Source of the DNA: Actinomycetota bacterium | GTDB taxonomy: Bacteria; Actinomycetota; Aquicultoria; Subteraquimicrobiales; UBA9087 | DNA length: 64,000 bases | Assembly: GCA_030019215.1 (NCBI GenBank) | Contig: JASEEZ010000002.1 | Coordinates: 12,081-76,080 of the forward strand | Direction of reading: 5' to 3' | In this document: in pieces, positions 10,632-19,805 of the stretch | Layout: every line of letters starts with the position of its first letter | Position numbering within the stretch: position 1 is the stretch's first letter | Made by a program: the position numbers and the translations under genes | Notes under the pieces: generated by a model | The model's input: only the letters and a program-made list of their open reading frames with translations | Told to the model about the DNA's origin: nothing | The model's database searches: none

Positions 10632-11896
10632 TCTTCAGTAAAACCCAGCTGGAGTCCGGTATCAGAGTGATTACAGAGACCATTTCTCATGTCAGATCGG
10701 TGGCGCTGGGTTTCTGGGTGGGTATAGGAGCCCGGGATGAACCGGAGAAATATGGTGGAATGTCCCACTTCTTGGAGCACCTGTTATTCAAAGGGACGGC
10801 AAAATACCCGGCCCGAAAGATCTCGGAGACTTTTGAAGCCCTAGGCGGTGAGCTCAATGCCTTTTCTGCTAAGGAATACACCTGCTTTCACGCCCGCATC
10901 CTGGATGAACACTTGCCGGTGGCGGTTGAAGTCCTCTCTGACATGCTTCAGAGACCACTTTTTAAGGAAGGGGACATTGTTTCAGAGAAAGAAGTCGTTC
11001 TGGAGGAGATAAGTCTCCACGGGGATACCCCCGACGAGCAAATTCACGACCTCTTTGTCAATGCCCTTTGGGAGAACCATCCCCTGGGAAGAAGCGCTTT
11101 GGGAGACGCCGAAACGGTGAGGTCGTTTACCCGTGGGGACGTTCAGGATTTTTTCTCTAGAGGTTACGCCACAAAAAACATCCTGATTGCCGCCGCTGGC
11201 CATCTCGACCACAAGGAGTTCGTCGACCTCGTTCAAAAGCACTTCGCCGATAACGGTGGGAGAAGTCTGACCAGGCGTGAAATTATTCCAACGGTGAAGT
11301 CACGGGTGAAGGTCCACCGAAAACAAACGGAGCAGGCACACCTCTGTTACGGGACTCAAGGCTTGCATGCCAGGCACGATGACAGGTTCGCCTTAGCGAT
11401 CTTGGACAACATCTTGGGTGGTGGAATGAGTTCTCGTCTTTTCCAGGAAATCAGAGAGAACAGAGGCTTAGTCTATTCCATCTATTCCTACCATTCGCTC
11501 TACAGCGAAGCCGGTCTTATGGCCGTCTATGCAGGAACTAGACCTTCCAAAGCCGAAGAGGTATTGCGCCTGATTCAAAAAGAGATAGATGATTTGGTCA
11601 AAAATGGTGTCTCTCCCGAAGAATTACACAGAGCCAAGGAACACCTCAAGGGGCACCTGGTTTTGAGCTTGGAGAATACGAATAGCAGGATGGCCCGATT
11701 GGGTAAGTCGGAGTTGGTTCACCGGGAGATTTTATCCCTCGATGAGCTGGTAGAAAAAATCGATGGCGTCACCGTCGAGGACATGCAGAGAGTAGCAGAA
11801 ACCCTATTTGGGACCGATAGAATGGTTTTAACGGCAATTGGCCCTCTCGAGGAGGAAAAATTAGCGCGGTGGATGCGCACTGAAGAGCGAGTTTAA
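10628..11896 (+). CDS. M16-family zinc peptidase (pitrilysin/MlpA-like)
   Basis: Inverted zinc motif HFLEHLLFKGT....E. It sits where mlpA follows pnpA in B. subtilis. Confidence 0.85.
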   Translation: MIFSKTQLESGIRVITETISHVRSVALGFWVGIGARDEPEKYGGMSHFLEHLLFKGTAKYPARKISETFEALGGELNAFSAKEYTCFHARILDEHLPVAVEVLSDMLQRPLFKEGDIVSEKEVVLEEISLHGDTPDEQIHDLFVNALWENHPLGRSALGDAETVRSFTRGDVQDFFSRGYATKNILIAAAGHLDHKEFVDLVQKHFADNGGRSLTRREIIPTVKSRVKVHRKQTEQAHLCYGTQGLHARHDDRFALAILDNILGGGMSSRLFQEIRENRGLVYSIYSYHSLYSEAGLMAVYAGTRPSKAEEVLRLIQKEIDDLVKNGVSPEELHRAKEHLKGHLVLSLENTNSRMARLGKSELVHREILSLDELVEKIDGVTVEDMQRVAETLFGTDRMVLTAIGPLEEEKLARWMRTEERV

Positions 11897-11938
11897 CCAT
11901 CCCTCGCCAAAAAATGGTTTAGATTTGGGGGGATTGAG

Positions 11939-12736
11939 ATGATAAAAGTCGTTGTAGCCGGTGCTGCCGGGAGGATGGGACGGGAAGTATGCAAGGCCGT
12001 TTTGAGTGAACCTGACATGTCCCTTGTGGGAGCAGTGGATGTCTCTTCCGTTGGATCCGATGTTGGAGAATTGCTGGGAAGAGGGGCTTTGGACATGACC
12101 ATCACCGATAAACTGCAGACATGCCTCAAAGAAAAATCGGCGCAGGTCATGGTGGATTTCACCCACCCATCCGCCGTGATGAAAAATGTTAGAATTGCCC
12201 TGAAATGCGGCGTTCATGCCGTTGTTGGAACGACTGGAATGAGCGAGATTGACTTAGCCGAGATTAAATCCCTAGCAAAGGATGGCCCCGCTAATGTTGT
12301 GGTAGCACCGAATTTTGCCATCGGTGCGGTGCTGATGATGAAGTTTTCCGAAATAGCGGCAAAGTACCTCCCCGATGTCGAAATCATTGAACTCCATCAC
12401 AATCAAAAGGCGGATGCTCCATCGGGAACAGCCTTAAAGACAGCTCAGCTCATAGCCGGGAAAAGATCGAAAGAAACACCCCCTAATCTAGTGGAGAAAG
12501 AGGTAGTCAAGGGGGTACGGGGTGGAAAGACCGAGGATATACATATTCACAGTGTTCGCTTGCCCGGCCTAGTGGCTCATCAAGAGGTAATTTTTGGTGG
12601 GGTTGGCCAAACCTTAACCATCCGACACGATTCGATAGATCGCTCTTCATTCATGCCCGGTGTCCTCATGGCCATCAGAGAGGTGGGAAGAAGAAGAGGC
12701 CTCACCTATGGCCTAGATAAGCTCATGGAGCTATAA
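11939..12736 (+). CDS. dapB: 4-hydroxy-tetrahydrodipicolinate reductase
   Basis: NAD-binding N-terminus VVVAGAAGRMGRE and DapB core EIIELHHNQKADAPSGTA. Confidence 0.9.
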   Translation: MIKVVVAGAAGRMGREVCKAVLSEPDMSLVGAVDVSSVGSDVGELLGRGALDMTITDKLQTCLKEKSAQVMVDFTHPSAVMKNVRIALKCGVHAVVGTTGMSEIDLAEIKSLAKDGPANVVVAPNFAIGAVLMMKFSEIAAKYLPDVEIIELHHNQKADAPSGTALKTAQLIAGKRSKETPPNLVEKEVVKGVRGGKTEDIHIHSVRLPGLVAHQEVIFGGVGQTLTIRHDSIDRSSFMPGVLMAIREVGRRRGLTYGLDKLMEL

Positions 12737-12744
12737 AGTCAAAC

Positions 12745-13650
12745 TTGATATTTACTTTGGGGGTATTTGAAATGGATTTTGGAGAGGTCCTTACGGCAAT
12801 GGTTACACCCTTCAATCCGGATTTGAGCGCCAACTATGATAGAGCTCAGGAACTCGCTGTCTATCTAATCGAGAACGGTTCCAATGGAGTGGTCGTCTCC
12901 GGGACGACCGGGGAATCTCCAACTCTGACTCCCGATGAAAAAATTGAACTTTTCAAGTTGGTCAAGGAGGCCGTGGGAAATAAAGGGAAGATCATTGCGG
13001 GCACGGGTTATAACTGTACCAGCGAGAGCATCGAGCTCACCCGTCGAGCAGAGAAGGTTGGGGTGGATGGCTGCATGCTGGTTGGGCCCTACTATAATAA
13101 ACCGCCCCAGGAGGGTCTTTATCAGCACTTCCAAATGATAGCGGAGAGCACATCGCTGCCCGTAATCATCTACAATGTTCCCTCTCGAACCGCCTGCAAT
13201 ATCGAGGCAGAAACGGTCATCAGGTTGTCAGCGGTGGAAAACATTGTCGCTGTGAAGGAAGCCAGCGGAAACCTGGATCAGGTGTCAAAGATTTCGACTA
13301 GAACCCCCGATAATTTTCGAATATACAGTGGAGATGACAGTTTGACCCTGCCCATATTGGCAATTGGGGGCGATGGAGTCATAAGCGTCGCCTCTCACGT
13401 GGCAGGCAAAGAGATAAAGGAGATGGTAAGAAGCTATAAAGAGGGCAATATCGAAAAGGCTTGCGAGATTCATCTCACCCTTTCACCCCTCTTCGAGGCG
13501 CTCTTCATGACGACCAACCCGATAATGGTCAAATCAGCGGTGAAACTAAAGGGCATAGACGTGGGAGGCTTGAGGCTGCCACTCGTGGACGCCACCAGGG
13601 ATCAAATTGAAAAGTTGGAAAAAGTCATGAGAGATACGGGAGTCCTGTAG
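12745..13650 (+). CDS. dapA: 4-hydroxy-tetrahydrodipicolinate synthase
   Basis: Motifs TAMVTPF and VVVSGTTGESPTLT, plus the catalytic-Lys region AVKEASGN. The true start is probably the internal ATG near 12772. Confidence 0.9.
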   Translation: MIFTLGVFEMDFGEVLTAMVTPFNPDLSANYDRAQELAVYLIENGSNGVVVSGTTGESPTLTPDEKIELFKLVKEAVGNKGKIIAGTGYNCTSESIELTRRAEKVGVDGCMLVGPYYNKPPQEGLYQHFQMIAESTSLPVIIYNVPSRTACNIEAETVIRLSAVENIVAVKEASGNLDQVSKISTRTPDNFRIYSGDDSLTLPILAIGGDGVISVASHVAGKEIKEMVRSYKEGNIEKACEIHLTLSPLFEALFMTTNPIMVKSAVKLKGIDVGGLRLPLVDATRDQIEKLEKVMRDTGVL

Positions 13651-13695
13651 TCTTCCCCCTTCCCAACTCCTAATCCATTGATAAGCTAAGATATT

Positions 13696-15363
13696 ATGGC
13701 GAAAAAGAAAACATCAAAACTACGCTTAATCCCCCTTGGCGGGCTCGGCGAAGTTGGCAAAAACATGCTCGTGGTGGAGCATGGTAGAGACATCCTTGTC
13801 ATCGACGCTGGCTTCATGTTCCCTGAGGAAGAGATGCTCGGGATAGACCTAGTTCTACCCGACTATTCCTATCTCAAAAAGAACAAGGAGCGAGTGCGGG
13901 CCATCATTCTCACTCATGGACATGAGGACCACGTGGGCTCCTTGCCCTATATTCTAAAGGAGTTCAAGGTTCCTCTCTATGGAACCAGGCTTACCCTGGG
14001 ACTGGTGAGAGGAAAATTAGAAGAATATGACCTCACCGATGTCGATTTCAGGGAAATTTCCCCAAAGAACGGCCTCCAGATCGGCCAGTTTAAATTGGAA
14101 TTCATACGGGTCTGTCACAGCATACCCGATGGCGTAGGACTGGCCATTCACACCCCCGTGGGCACCATAGTTCACTCCGGAGATTTTAAGTTGGATCAAA
14201 CGCCCATCGATGGGAGAACCACTCAACTCGACAAATTTGCCTCCCTCGGAGAGAGAGGCGTCCTTGCCCTTCTCTCTGACAGCACCAATGCTGAGACACC
14301 CGGGTATATCCCCTCGGAAAGGGTAGTGGGGAAAACGTTGATGGACATATTCAAGCAGGCCAAAAAGAGGATCATTGTGGCCTCTTTCGCCTCCCATATT
14401 CACCGAATTCAACAGGTGGCAAACGTCACTTCCCGAAGCAAACGGAAGCTAGCAATCTCCGGCTTAAGCATGATAAAGAACATAGAGATCGCCTCCAAAC
14501 TTGGTTATCTGAAAATTCCCGAGGGACTACTCATCAACATCAAGGAGATCGACAAATATCCTCCTGGAGAAGTCGTCGTCTTGTCCACGGGTAGTCAAGG
14601 TGAGCCCCTCTCCGCTCTCAGTAAAATGGCCTCCGGGGAGCACAAACGGATCAAGATAATTCCAGGAGACACGGTCATTCTTTCTGCTAGTCCTGTGCCG
14701 GGTAACGAGAAGTCGGTTGCCCAAACCATCGATCGCTTTTTCAAGCGTGGTGCCAATGTCTTCTACAAGACGATTTCTTCCGTCCACGTTTCCGGGCATG
14801 CTGCCCAGGAGGAACTCAAATTGGTAATCGGCCTGGTTAAGCCCAAATATTTTATCCCCATCCACGGGGAATATAGACATCTTAAGCACCACACCGATCT
14901 GGCCAAGGAGATGGGAATACCGCCCAAAAATATCCTCTTGGCGGAGAACGGAAGCATCATCGAGTTTACAGACTCCTCCGCTCATATAAAGGAGCGGATA
15001 TCAGTGGGGATGATCCTCGTCGACGGATTGGGTGTGGGTGACATTGGTGACATAGTTCTCAGAGACAGAATGCTACTTTCCACCGATGGAATATTCATTG
15101 TGGTTGTCGCCGTTAGTGCCGATACAGGTGAGATAGTCGCTGGTCCTGATGTTGTCTCCCGTGGGTTTATTTATGTTAGGGAGGCAGGGGAATTGATCGA
15201 GGAGGCCAAGGAGCAAGTTCAGGGTGTCCTTGAGCAATGTGCCAAGCGTGGGGTCACCGATTGGACCGTCCTCAAAACCGATGTTCGTAATGCTTTGAGA
15301 AAATTTCTTTACGACAAGACCCAGCGACGCCCCATGATCATGCCAATCATCGTGGAAGTGTAA
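13696..15363 (+). CDS. rnj: Ribonuclease J (beta-CASP MBL fold)
   Basis: A 555-aa ORF with LGGLGEVGKNM, HGHEDHVGSLPY and beta-CASP motifs, plus the RNase J C-terminal domain. Confidence 0.9.
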   Translation: MAKKKTSKLRLIPLGGLGEVGKNMLVVEHGRDILVIDAGFMFPEEEMLGIDLVLPDYSYLKKNKERVRAIILTHGHEDHVGSLPYILKEFKVPLYGTRLTLGLVRGKLEEYDLTDVDFREISPKNGLQIGQFKLEFIRVCHSIPDGVGLAIHTPVGTIVHSGDFKLDQTPIDGRTTQLDKFASLGERGVLALLSDSTNAETPGYIPSERVVGKTLMDIFKQAKKRIIVASFASHIHRIQQVANVTSRSKRKLAISGLSMIKNIEIASKLGYLKIPEGLLINIKEIDKYPPGEVVVLSTGSQGEPLSALSKMASGEHKRIKIIPGDTVILSASPVPGNEKSVAQTIDRFFKRGANVFYKTISSVHVSGHAAQEELKLVIGLVKPKYFIPIHGEYRHLKHHTDLAKEMGIPPKNILLAENGSIIEFTDSSAHIKERISVGMILVDGLGVGDIGDIVLRDRMLLSTDGIFIVVVAVSADTGEIVAGPDVVSRGFIYVREAGELIEEAKEQVQGVLEQCAKRGVTDWTVLKTDVRNALRKFLYDKTQRRPMIMPIIVEV

Positions 15364-15389
15364 AATTAGTCGAGGATCAAGAACTAGCC

Positions 15390-15660
15390 TCCAGCTTCCA
15401 GCCGCCAGCTGCCAGGAGTCATGGGTCAAGAGTCATGGGTCAAGGGACGAAGGGCGAAGGACGAAGCACCACAGATCAGAGGCCAGGGGTCGGGGCCCAG
15501 GGGCCAGAGCCCAGGGGCCAGCTACCAGCTTCCAGTCGCCAGTCGCCAGGAAGGATAAAAAGTCGGGAGCGGGGAGCCACTTAGTCGGGAGTCTGTTAGT
15601 CGGGAGTCGGGAGTTAATTAAGAATTAAGAAGTAAGAGGTAAGAAGTTCAAAGCTCTAAG
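15390..15660. repeat. Mosaic of short tandem repeats (7-14-mers) in the 570-bp rnj-uppP spacer
   Basis: Direct reading shows each of these repeated 2-4 times in tandem: ccagc(n)gccagg, agtcatgggtcaag x2, g(g/a)cgaag x3, gcccagggg x2, ccagtcg x2, agtcgggag x3, aattaag/gtaagaag. No ORF longer than 60 aa on either strand. Confidence 0.7.
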
Positions 15661-15674
15661 CACGAAATTCTAAA

Positions 15675-15738
15675 CCCCGTAGAAAATCTTCGATTTCTGT
15701 ACGGGGTAAACAAGCCCTGAAGGGTAAACCTTCAGGGC
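15675..15738 (+). other. Two consecutive perfect or near-perfect stem-loops (13-bp and 10-bp stems) downstream of rnj, without U-tracts
   Basis: The first is ccccgtagaaaatc-ttcg-atttctgtacgggg and the second is gccctgaagg-gtaaa-ccttcagggc. They may be RNA-processing or stability elements rather than intrinsic terminators. Confidence 0.5.
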
Positions 15739-15825
15739 AAGCACAAAATCCCAAAACCAAAATTCAAAACAACGTTTGGAAGATTAGGATTTTGGATTTG
15801 GAGGCTTTAGTATCAACTCATTGGC

Positions 15826-15848
15826 TCTAAGCTCTGAGCTCTAAGCTA
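15826..15848. repeat. Partial copy of the (GCTCTNA)n heptamer-repeat element (ctctaagctctgagctctaagct)
   Basis: It shares a 17-bp string with the elements at 40477-40570 and 41155-41226. Confidence 0.5.
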
Positions 15849-15929
15849 AATGGGAACCAGGCACCAGGAACGAGAGAGGAAAATCTCAACTTTTGTCGAA
15901 GTTAACTACCGTCGATAACAGAGGAAACA

Positions 15930-16745
15930 ATGAACTTACTACAAGCAGTCGCACTAGGAGTCATACAAGGTGTTACCGAGTTCGTTCCCGTCAGCAGCTC
16001 TGCCCATTTGGTTCTGACTCCATATTTCCTGGGCTGGTCAGAACCGTCAGTTAGTTTCGATGTGGCACTTCACTTGGGTACTCTGTCTGGAGTAGTTGCC
16101 TTCTTCTGGCGAGATATAATTCGGCTGATCTCCGCCTTTTCGGCAAGCATAAAAGAGCGCAGTCTCCGCAATGATCCGTTCCGCAAACTTTCCTGGTTAA
16201 TCGTTGTGGGCACGCTACCCACAGTTATCCTGGCTCTTCTCTTTGAGGGTTCCTTCGAGAGACTTTTCGGCAAACCCATTCTGGTCGGCTGTCTTTTATT
16301 GGTCACCGGTGTTATATTATGGCTTAGCGAGCACTTCTCTTCAAAAAAGGGGAAGATGAGAGCGATCAAATTTACCGATGCTCTGATCATTGGACTGGCC
16401 CAAGGATGTGCCATCGCTCCGGGCATCTCTCGCTCGGGTGCAACTATATCGGCGGGTTTATTTCGCGGTTTAACAAGAGAGGCCTCCGCCAGGTACTCCT
16501 TTCTCTTGGCCATACCCATAATTCTCGGGGCAACCGCGCGCAAATTGGGAGGAATAATTTTTCTGTGCCAGACTCGGACTTCCCTTATTCCTTTGTCCGG
16601 GGGCTTCCTCGCCGCAGCAATAAGTGGATTCTTTGCTGTAAAATATCTCCTGAAATTCCTGCAGCGGGGACGCCTCGATGTCTTCTCCTACTATTGTTTT
16701 GGAATCGGGACCCTGACGGTGGCTTTCGCCGCCCTTAAAGGATAG
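15930..16745 (+). CDS. uppP: Undecaprenyl-diphosphate phosphatase (UppP/BacA)
   Basis: A 271-aa polytopic membrane protein with the BacA motifs VTEFVPVSSSAHL and PGISRSGATI. Confidence 0.9.
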   Translation: MNLLQAVALGVIQGVTEFVPVSSSAHLVLTPYFLGWSEPSVSFDVALHLGTLSGVVAFFWRDIIRLISAFSASIKERSLRNDPFRKLSWLIVVGTLPTVILALLFEGSFERLFGKPILVGCLLLVTGVILWLSEHFSSKKGKMRAIKFTDALIIGLAQGCAIAPGISRSGATISAGLFRGLTREASARYSFLLAIPIILGATARKLGGIIFLCQTRTSLIPLSGGFLAAAISGFFAVKYLLKFLQRGRLDVFSYYCFGIGTLTVAFAALKG

Positions 16746-16750
16746 GGAAG

Positions 16751-18925
16751 ATGGCAAAGAAGGTCAGAAAAGAGAGCAATAATCTTGGCGAGATATACGG
16801 CATAGCCCTAATCGCGGGCGCTGCTCTCTTCGTCTTGTTTCTAGTCAGCCCCACTATTGGTGGGACCACTGGAATAGTCGGCTCAAATACCGTTCTCGCC
16901 CTTAAATACCTGGTTGGGGTGGGAAGGTATTTAATTCCTGTCTTCCTCTTGGGCTGGGGTATAACATTCTTGCTGCCCGGGGTGAGGGTGGACGAGAGAA
17001 CGATTGGCCTGGGTCTTTTCATCTTTTTCATCAGTCTGCTCTCCTTGATCCATCTGGTAGCCCTCGACTATCTCAGCATTCCACTTTCAAGAGCATTCGA
17101 TGTCCTTCTTATAACCAGCTATGGTGGGATCACCGGCGCTTGCTTTGCCTTCGTCTTGGGAACCCTATTGAGAAAAGGAGCTTATATCGTAATCGTCGCC
17201 TCATTGGTAATCGGGGGGCTTCTTGCAACGTCTCTTTCTCTCTCACAGATTCTCTCCAATCTGATGAATGGTTTGAGGATCCTTTTTCAGAATCCCAGAT
17301 TAAGGCGCTTTCTTAAACTCCGCCCACTTCCAGCTCGGGTGGATTATTCAGAGAAGATCGCTGAGGAAAGGAGGCAGCCTGCGACCCTCATAGTAGAGGA
17401 GGTTGAATCGGAGACTCCACCAGAATTTGCGGCAACCACTTCCACGAGAAAAACAGCTCAGTTAAAGATGGTGGAAAGGGAACCGACCTCTACCGAGGCC
17501 TATCAGTTCCCACCCCTTTCTCTGCTCAAGCGGACATCCCCCTCCAGAAGTGTAACCTCCAAGAAGGGGATAAAAGAGAACATCAATATTCTCGAGCGAA
17601 CGCTGCGCAACTTCGATGTCAATGCCACAGTTAGCAAAGTTGTGAAGGGTCCGACGGTCACTCGCTTTGAGCTCCAGCTGGCCACGGGGGTTAAGGTAAA
17701 TCGCATTCTCAGTTTAGCCGACGACATCGCCCTGGCTTTGGCAACGGCGGATGTGAGGATATTGGCCCCCATTCCCGGTAAGTCCGCCATCGGAATAGAG
17801 GTTCCCAACCAATACCGGGAGCTGGTCACAGTGGGAGATATTCTTGCCTCCCCTGAAGCCAAAGATAGGGGAGCCCTAACAGTTGGGATAGGCAAAGATA
17901 TTGCAGGATGCCCGGTCCTGGCCGATCTCGGTGATATGCCTCATCTTCTTATCGCCGGGGCCACCGGTTCAGGCAAGAGCGTCTGCATAAACAGCCTTCT
18001 CGTGTCAGTCCTCACTCGATCTCATCCAAATGATGTAAAAATAATCCTTATAGACCCAAAGAGGATAGAGCTCACATTGTTCAATCATCTACCCCATCTT
18101 TTGGTACCGGTCATAACCAATCCCAAACAGGCAGCAACCATTCTGACCTGGGTGGTCGGGGAAATGGAGCATAGATTTGAGATCCTCTCCGAATTCGGCG
18201 CAAGAAACATCGATGCCTACAATAGAACCATCAAGGCCAGAGATCTTGAGGTGGAACCCATGCCCTATATCCTAATCATCATCGATGAGCTGGCTGATTT
18301 GATGATGGCCTCTCCCGGTGAGGTGGAGGATGCCATCTGCCGCATCGCTCAAATGGCCAGGGCCGTGGGAATTCACCTTGCAGTGGCCACCCAGAGACCC
18401 TCTGTAGACATAATTACTGGCCTGATCAAGGCCAACATCACCACACGGATTGCCTTTGCTGTCTCATCTCAGATAGATTCCAGGGTCATTCTGGATACGG
18501 GAGGAGCAGAAAAATTGGTGGGCAAGGGCGACATGCTCTTTATCGCTCCTGGTCTCCTCAAACCCAAGCGAATACAGGGGGCCTTCGTCACCGAACAAGA
18601 AATTGAGATGATCACGAACTTCATCAAGAAACAGGCTAAACCCCACTACGATAAAGAAATCCTCCAAGCACAGCACATCAAATCCGGCTATGCTGGTTAT
18701 GAAGATGAACTCCTGGATGATGCGATGGAGCTCGTGGTAACCACTGGTTTGGCCTCCGTCTCGATGCTTCAAAGACGCCTCCGAGTAGGCTACGCCCGAG
18801 CAGCACGATTGATAGATGTGCTCGAAGAGAGGGGCATCGTTGGAAGCTACGAAGGAAGCAAACCCCGGGCAGTCCTCATCACCAGAGACGAGCTTGAGCA
18901 GGTAAAAAGGTCAAGCAGGGAATAG
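16751..18925 (+). CDS. ftsK: DNA translocase FtsK/SpoIIIE
   Basis: An N-terminal 4-5 TM region and a linker lead to a motor domain with Walker A GATGSGKS and Walker B IIIDELADLMM. A C-terminal gamma winged-helix domain is present. Confidence 0.9.
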   Translation: MAKKVRKESNNLGEIYGIALIAGAALFVLFLVSPTIGGTTGIVGSNTVLALKYLVGVGRYLIPVFLLGWGITFLLPGVRVDERTIGLGLFIFFISLLSLIHLVALDYLSIPLSRAFDVLLITSYGGITGACFAFVLGTLLRKGAYIVIVASLVIGGLLATSLSLSQILSNLMNGLRILFQNPRLRRFLKLRPLPARVDYSEKIAEERRQPATLIVEEVESETPPEFAATTSTRKTAQLKMVEREPTSTEAYQFPPLSLLKRTSPSRSVTSKKGIKENINILERTLRNFDVNATVSKVVKGPTVTRFELQLATGVKVNRILSLADDIALALATADVRILAPIPGKSAIGIEVPNQYRELVTVGDILASPEAKDRGALTVGIGKDIAGCPVLADLGDMPHLLIAGATGSGKSVCINSLLVSVLTRSHPNDVKIILIDPKRIELTLFNHLPHLLVPVITNPKQAATILTWVVGEMEHRFEILSEFGARNIDAYNRTIKARDLEVEPMPYILIIIDELADLMMASPGEVEDAICRIAQMARAVGIHLAVATQRPSVDIITGLIKANITTRIAFAVSSQIDSRVILDTGGAEKLVGKGDMLFIAPGLLKPKRIQGAFVTEQEIEMITNFIKKQAKPHYDKEILQAQHIKSGYAGYEDELLDDAMELVVTTGLASVSMLQRRLRVGYARAARLIDVLEERGIVGSYEGSKPRAVLITRDELEQVKRSSRE

Positions 18926-19034
18926 AACCTCCTAATTTTGCCTCTGAAGAGCATCACATCTCCCCACCCGGGAGGAATTTTGATAAAGTAATAAGAAAGA
19001 GCAGCATGCGACTTGCTCCAAGAGGTGAACGATT

Positions 19035-19805
19035 ATGGGGTCGATTGGAGAGACCCTCTCCGCAGCTCGGAGGAGACTGGACAAGAGCATCCAGGATGTT
19101 GAGGAGACTACCAAGATCCGGGCTAGGTATATCCAGGCTCTGGAGGATGAGGAATTTCAAATTCTCCCAGGCGAGTTCTATGTAAAGACTTTCATCAGAG
19201 CTTATTGCCATTTCCTCGAGATAGATAGCGAACCCCTGATAAGGGAATACGAACTCCGATATGAAGCCCCTCCCCGGAAAATAGAGACAAGAGTCCCACT
19301 TTTGACCGATTTAGAACCGCGTCGCAGGCGACCTTTGCTTCTCTTAATTTTGGTAGGTTTCTTGATCCTTGGTGGTCTTTTCACCTGGAGGAGTCTTGGA
19401 GGAAGGGTTGCCGTTTCACCAGAAAGGATGGAAAACGAGAGACCCCAAGAAGAGATCGTGGTGGAGGAGCCGGAAGCCATTTTGGAGGAAACAGCTCAAC
19501 CTGAACCGGAAATAGCTCCTCTGACAACTCCTGAAACCGTAACCCCCTCCCCACAGGAATTTACCATAAAAGTGAAGGCAGTAGATGAGGAGAGAGGTTG
19601 CTGGCTAAGAGTGCTCGTCGACGACGTCAAGGTTTATGAGGGCACACTCACAATGGGGGAAAGCAAAGAATGGAAAGCTGAAAGGAGTATTTTTATCCGG
19701 GCCGGGAATGCGAGGGGTATCGAGGTAGAAAGGGACGGAGAGTATCTCGGTCCCCTGGGAGAAAGTGGTGGAGTGGCCGAGAAAACCTTCACCCTAGAGG
19801 AATGA
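19035..19805 (+). CDS. rodZ: RodZ-like cytoskeleton protein (N-terminal HTH, one TM helix, C-terminal DUF4115)
   Basis: An HTH_XRE-like N-terminus (IGETLSAARRRLDKSIQDVEETTKIRARYIQALE), a TM helix LLLLILVGFLILGGLF, and a C-terminal beta domain. Confidence 0.7.
   Translation: MGSIGETLSAARRRLDKSIQDVEETTKIRARYIQALEDEEFQILPGEFYVKTFIRAYCHFLEIDSEPLIREYELRYEAPPRKIETRVPLLTDLEPRRRRPLLLLILVGFLILGGLFTWRSLGGRVAVSPERMENERPQEEIVVEEPEAILEETAQPEPEIAPLTTPETVTPSPQEFTIKVKAVDEERGCWLRVLVDDVKVYEGTLTMGESKEWKAERSIFIRAGNARGIEVERDGEYLGPLGESGGVAEKTFTLEE

Noticed and set aside
15390-15660. CRISPR array
   Set aside because: The repeats are 7-14 nt and lie in heterogeneous tandem blocks with no regular 28-37-bp repeat/spacer periodicity. 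No cas genes are present.
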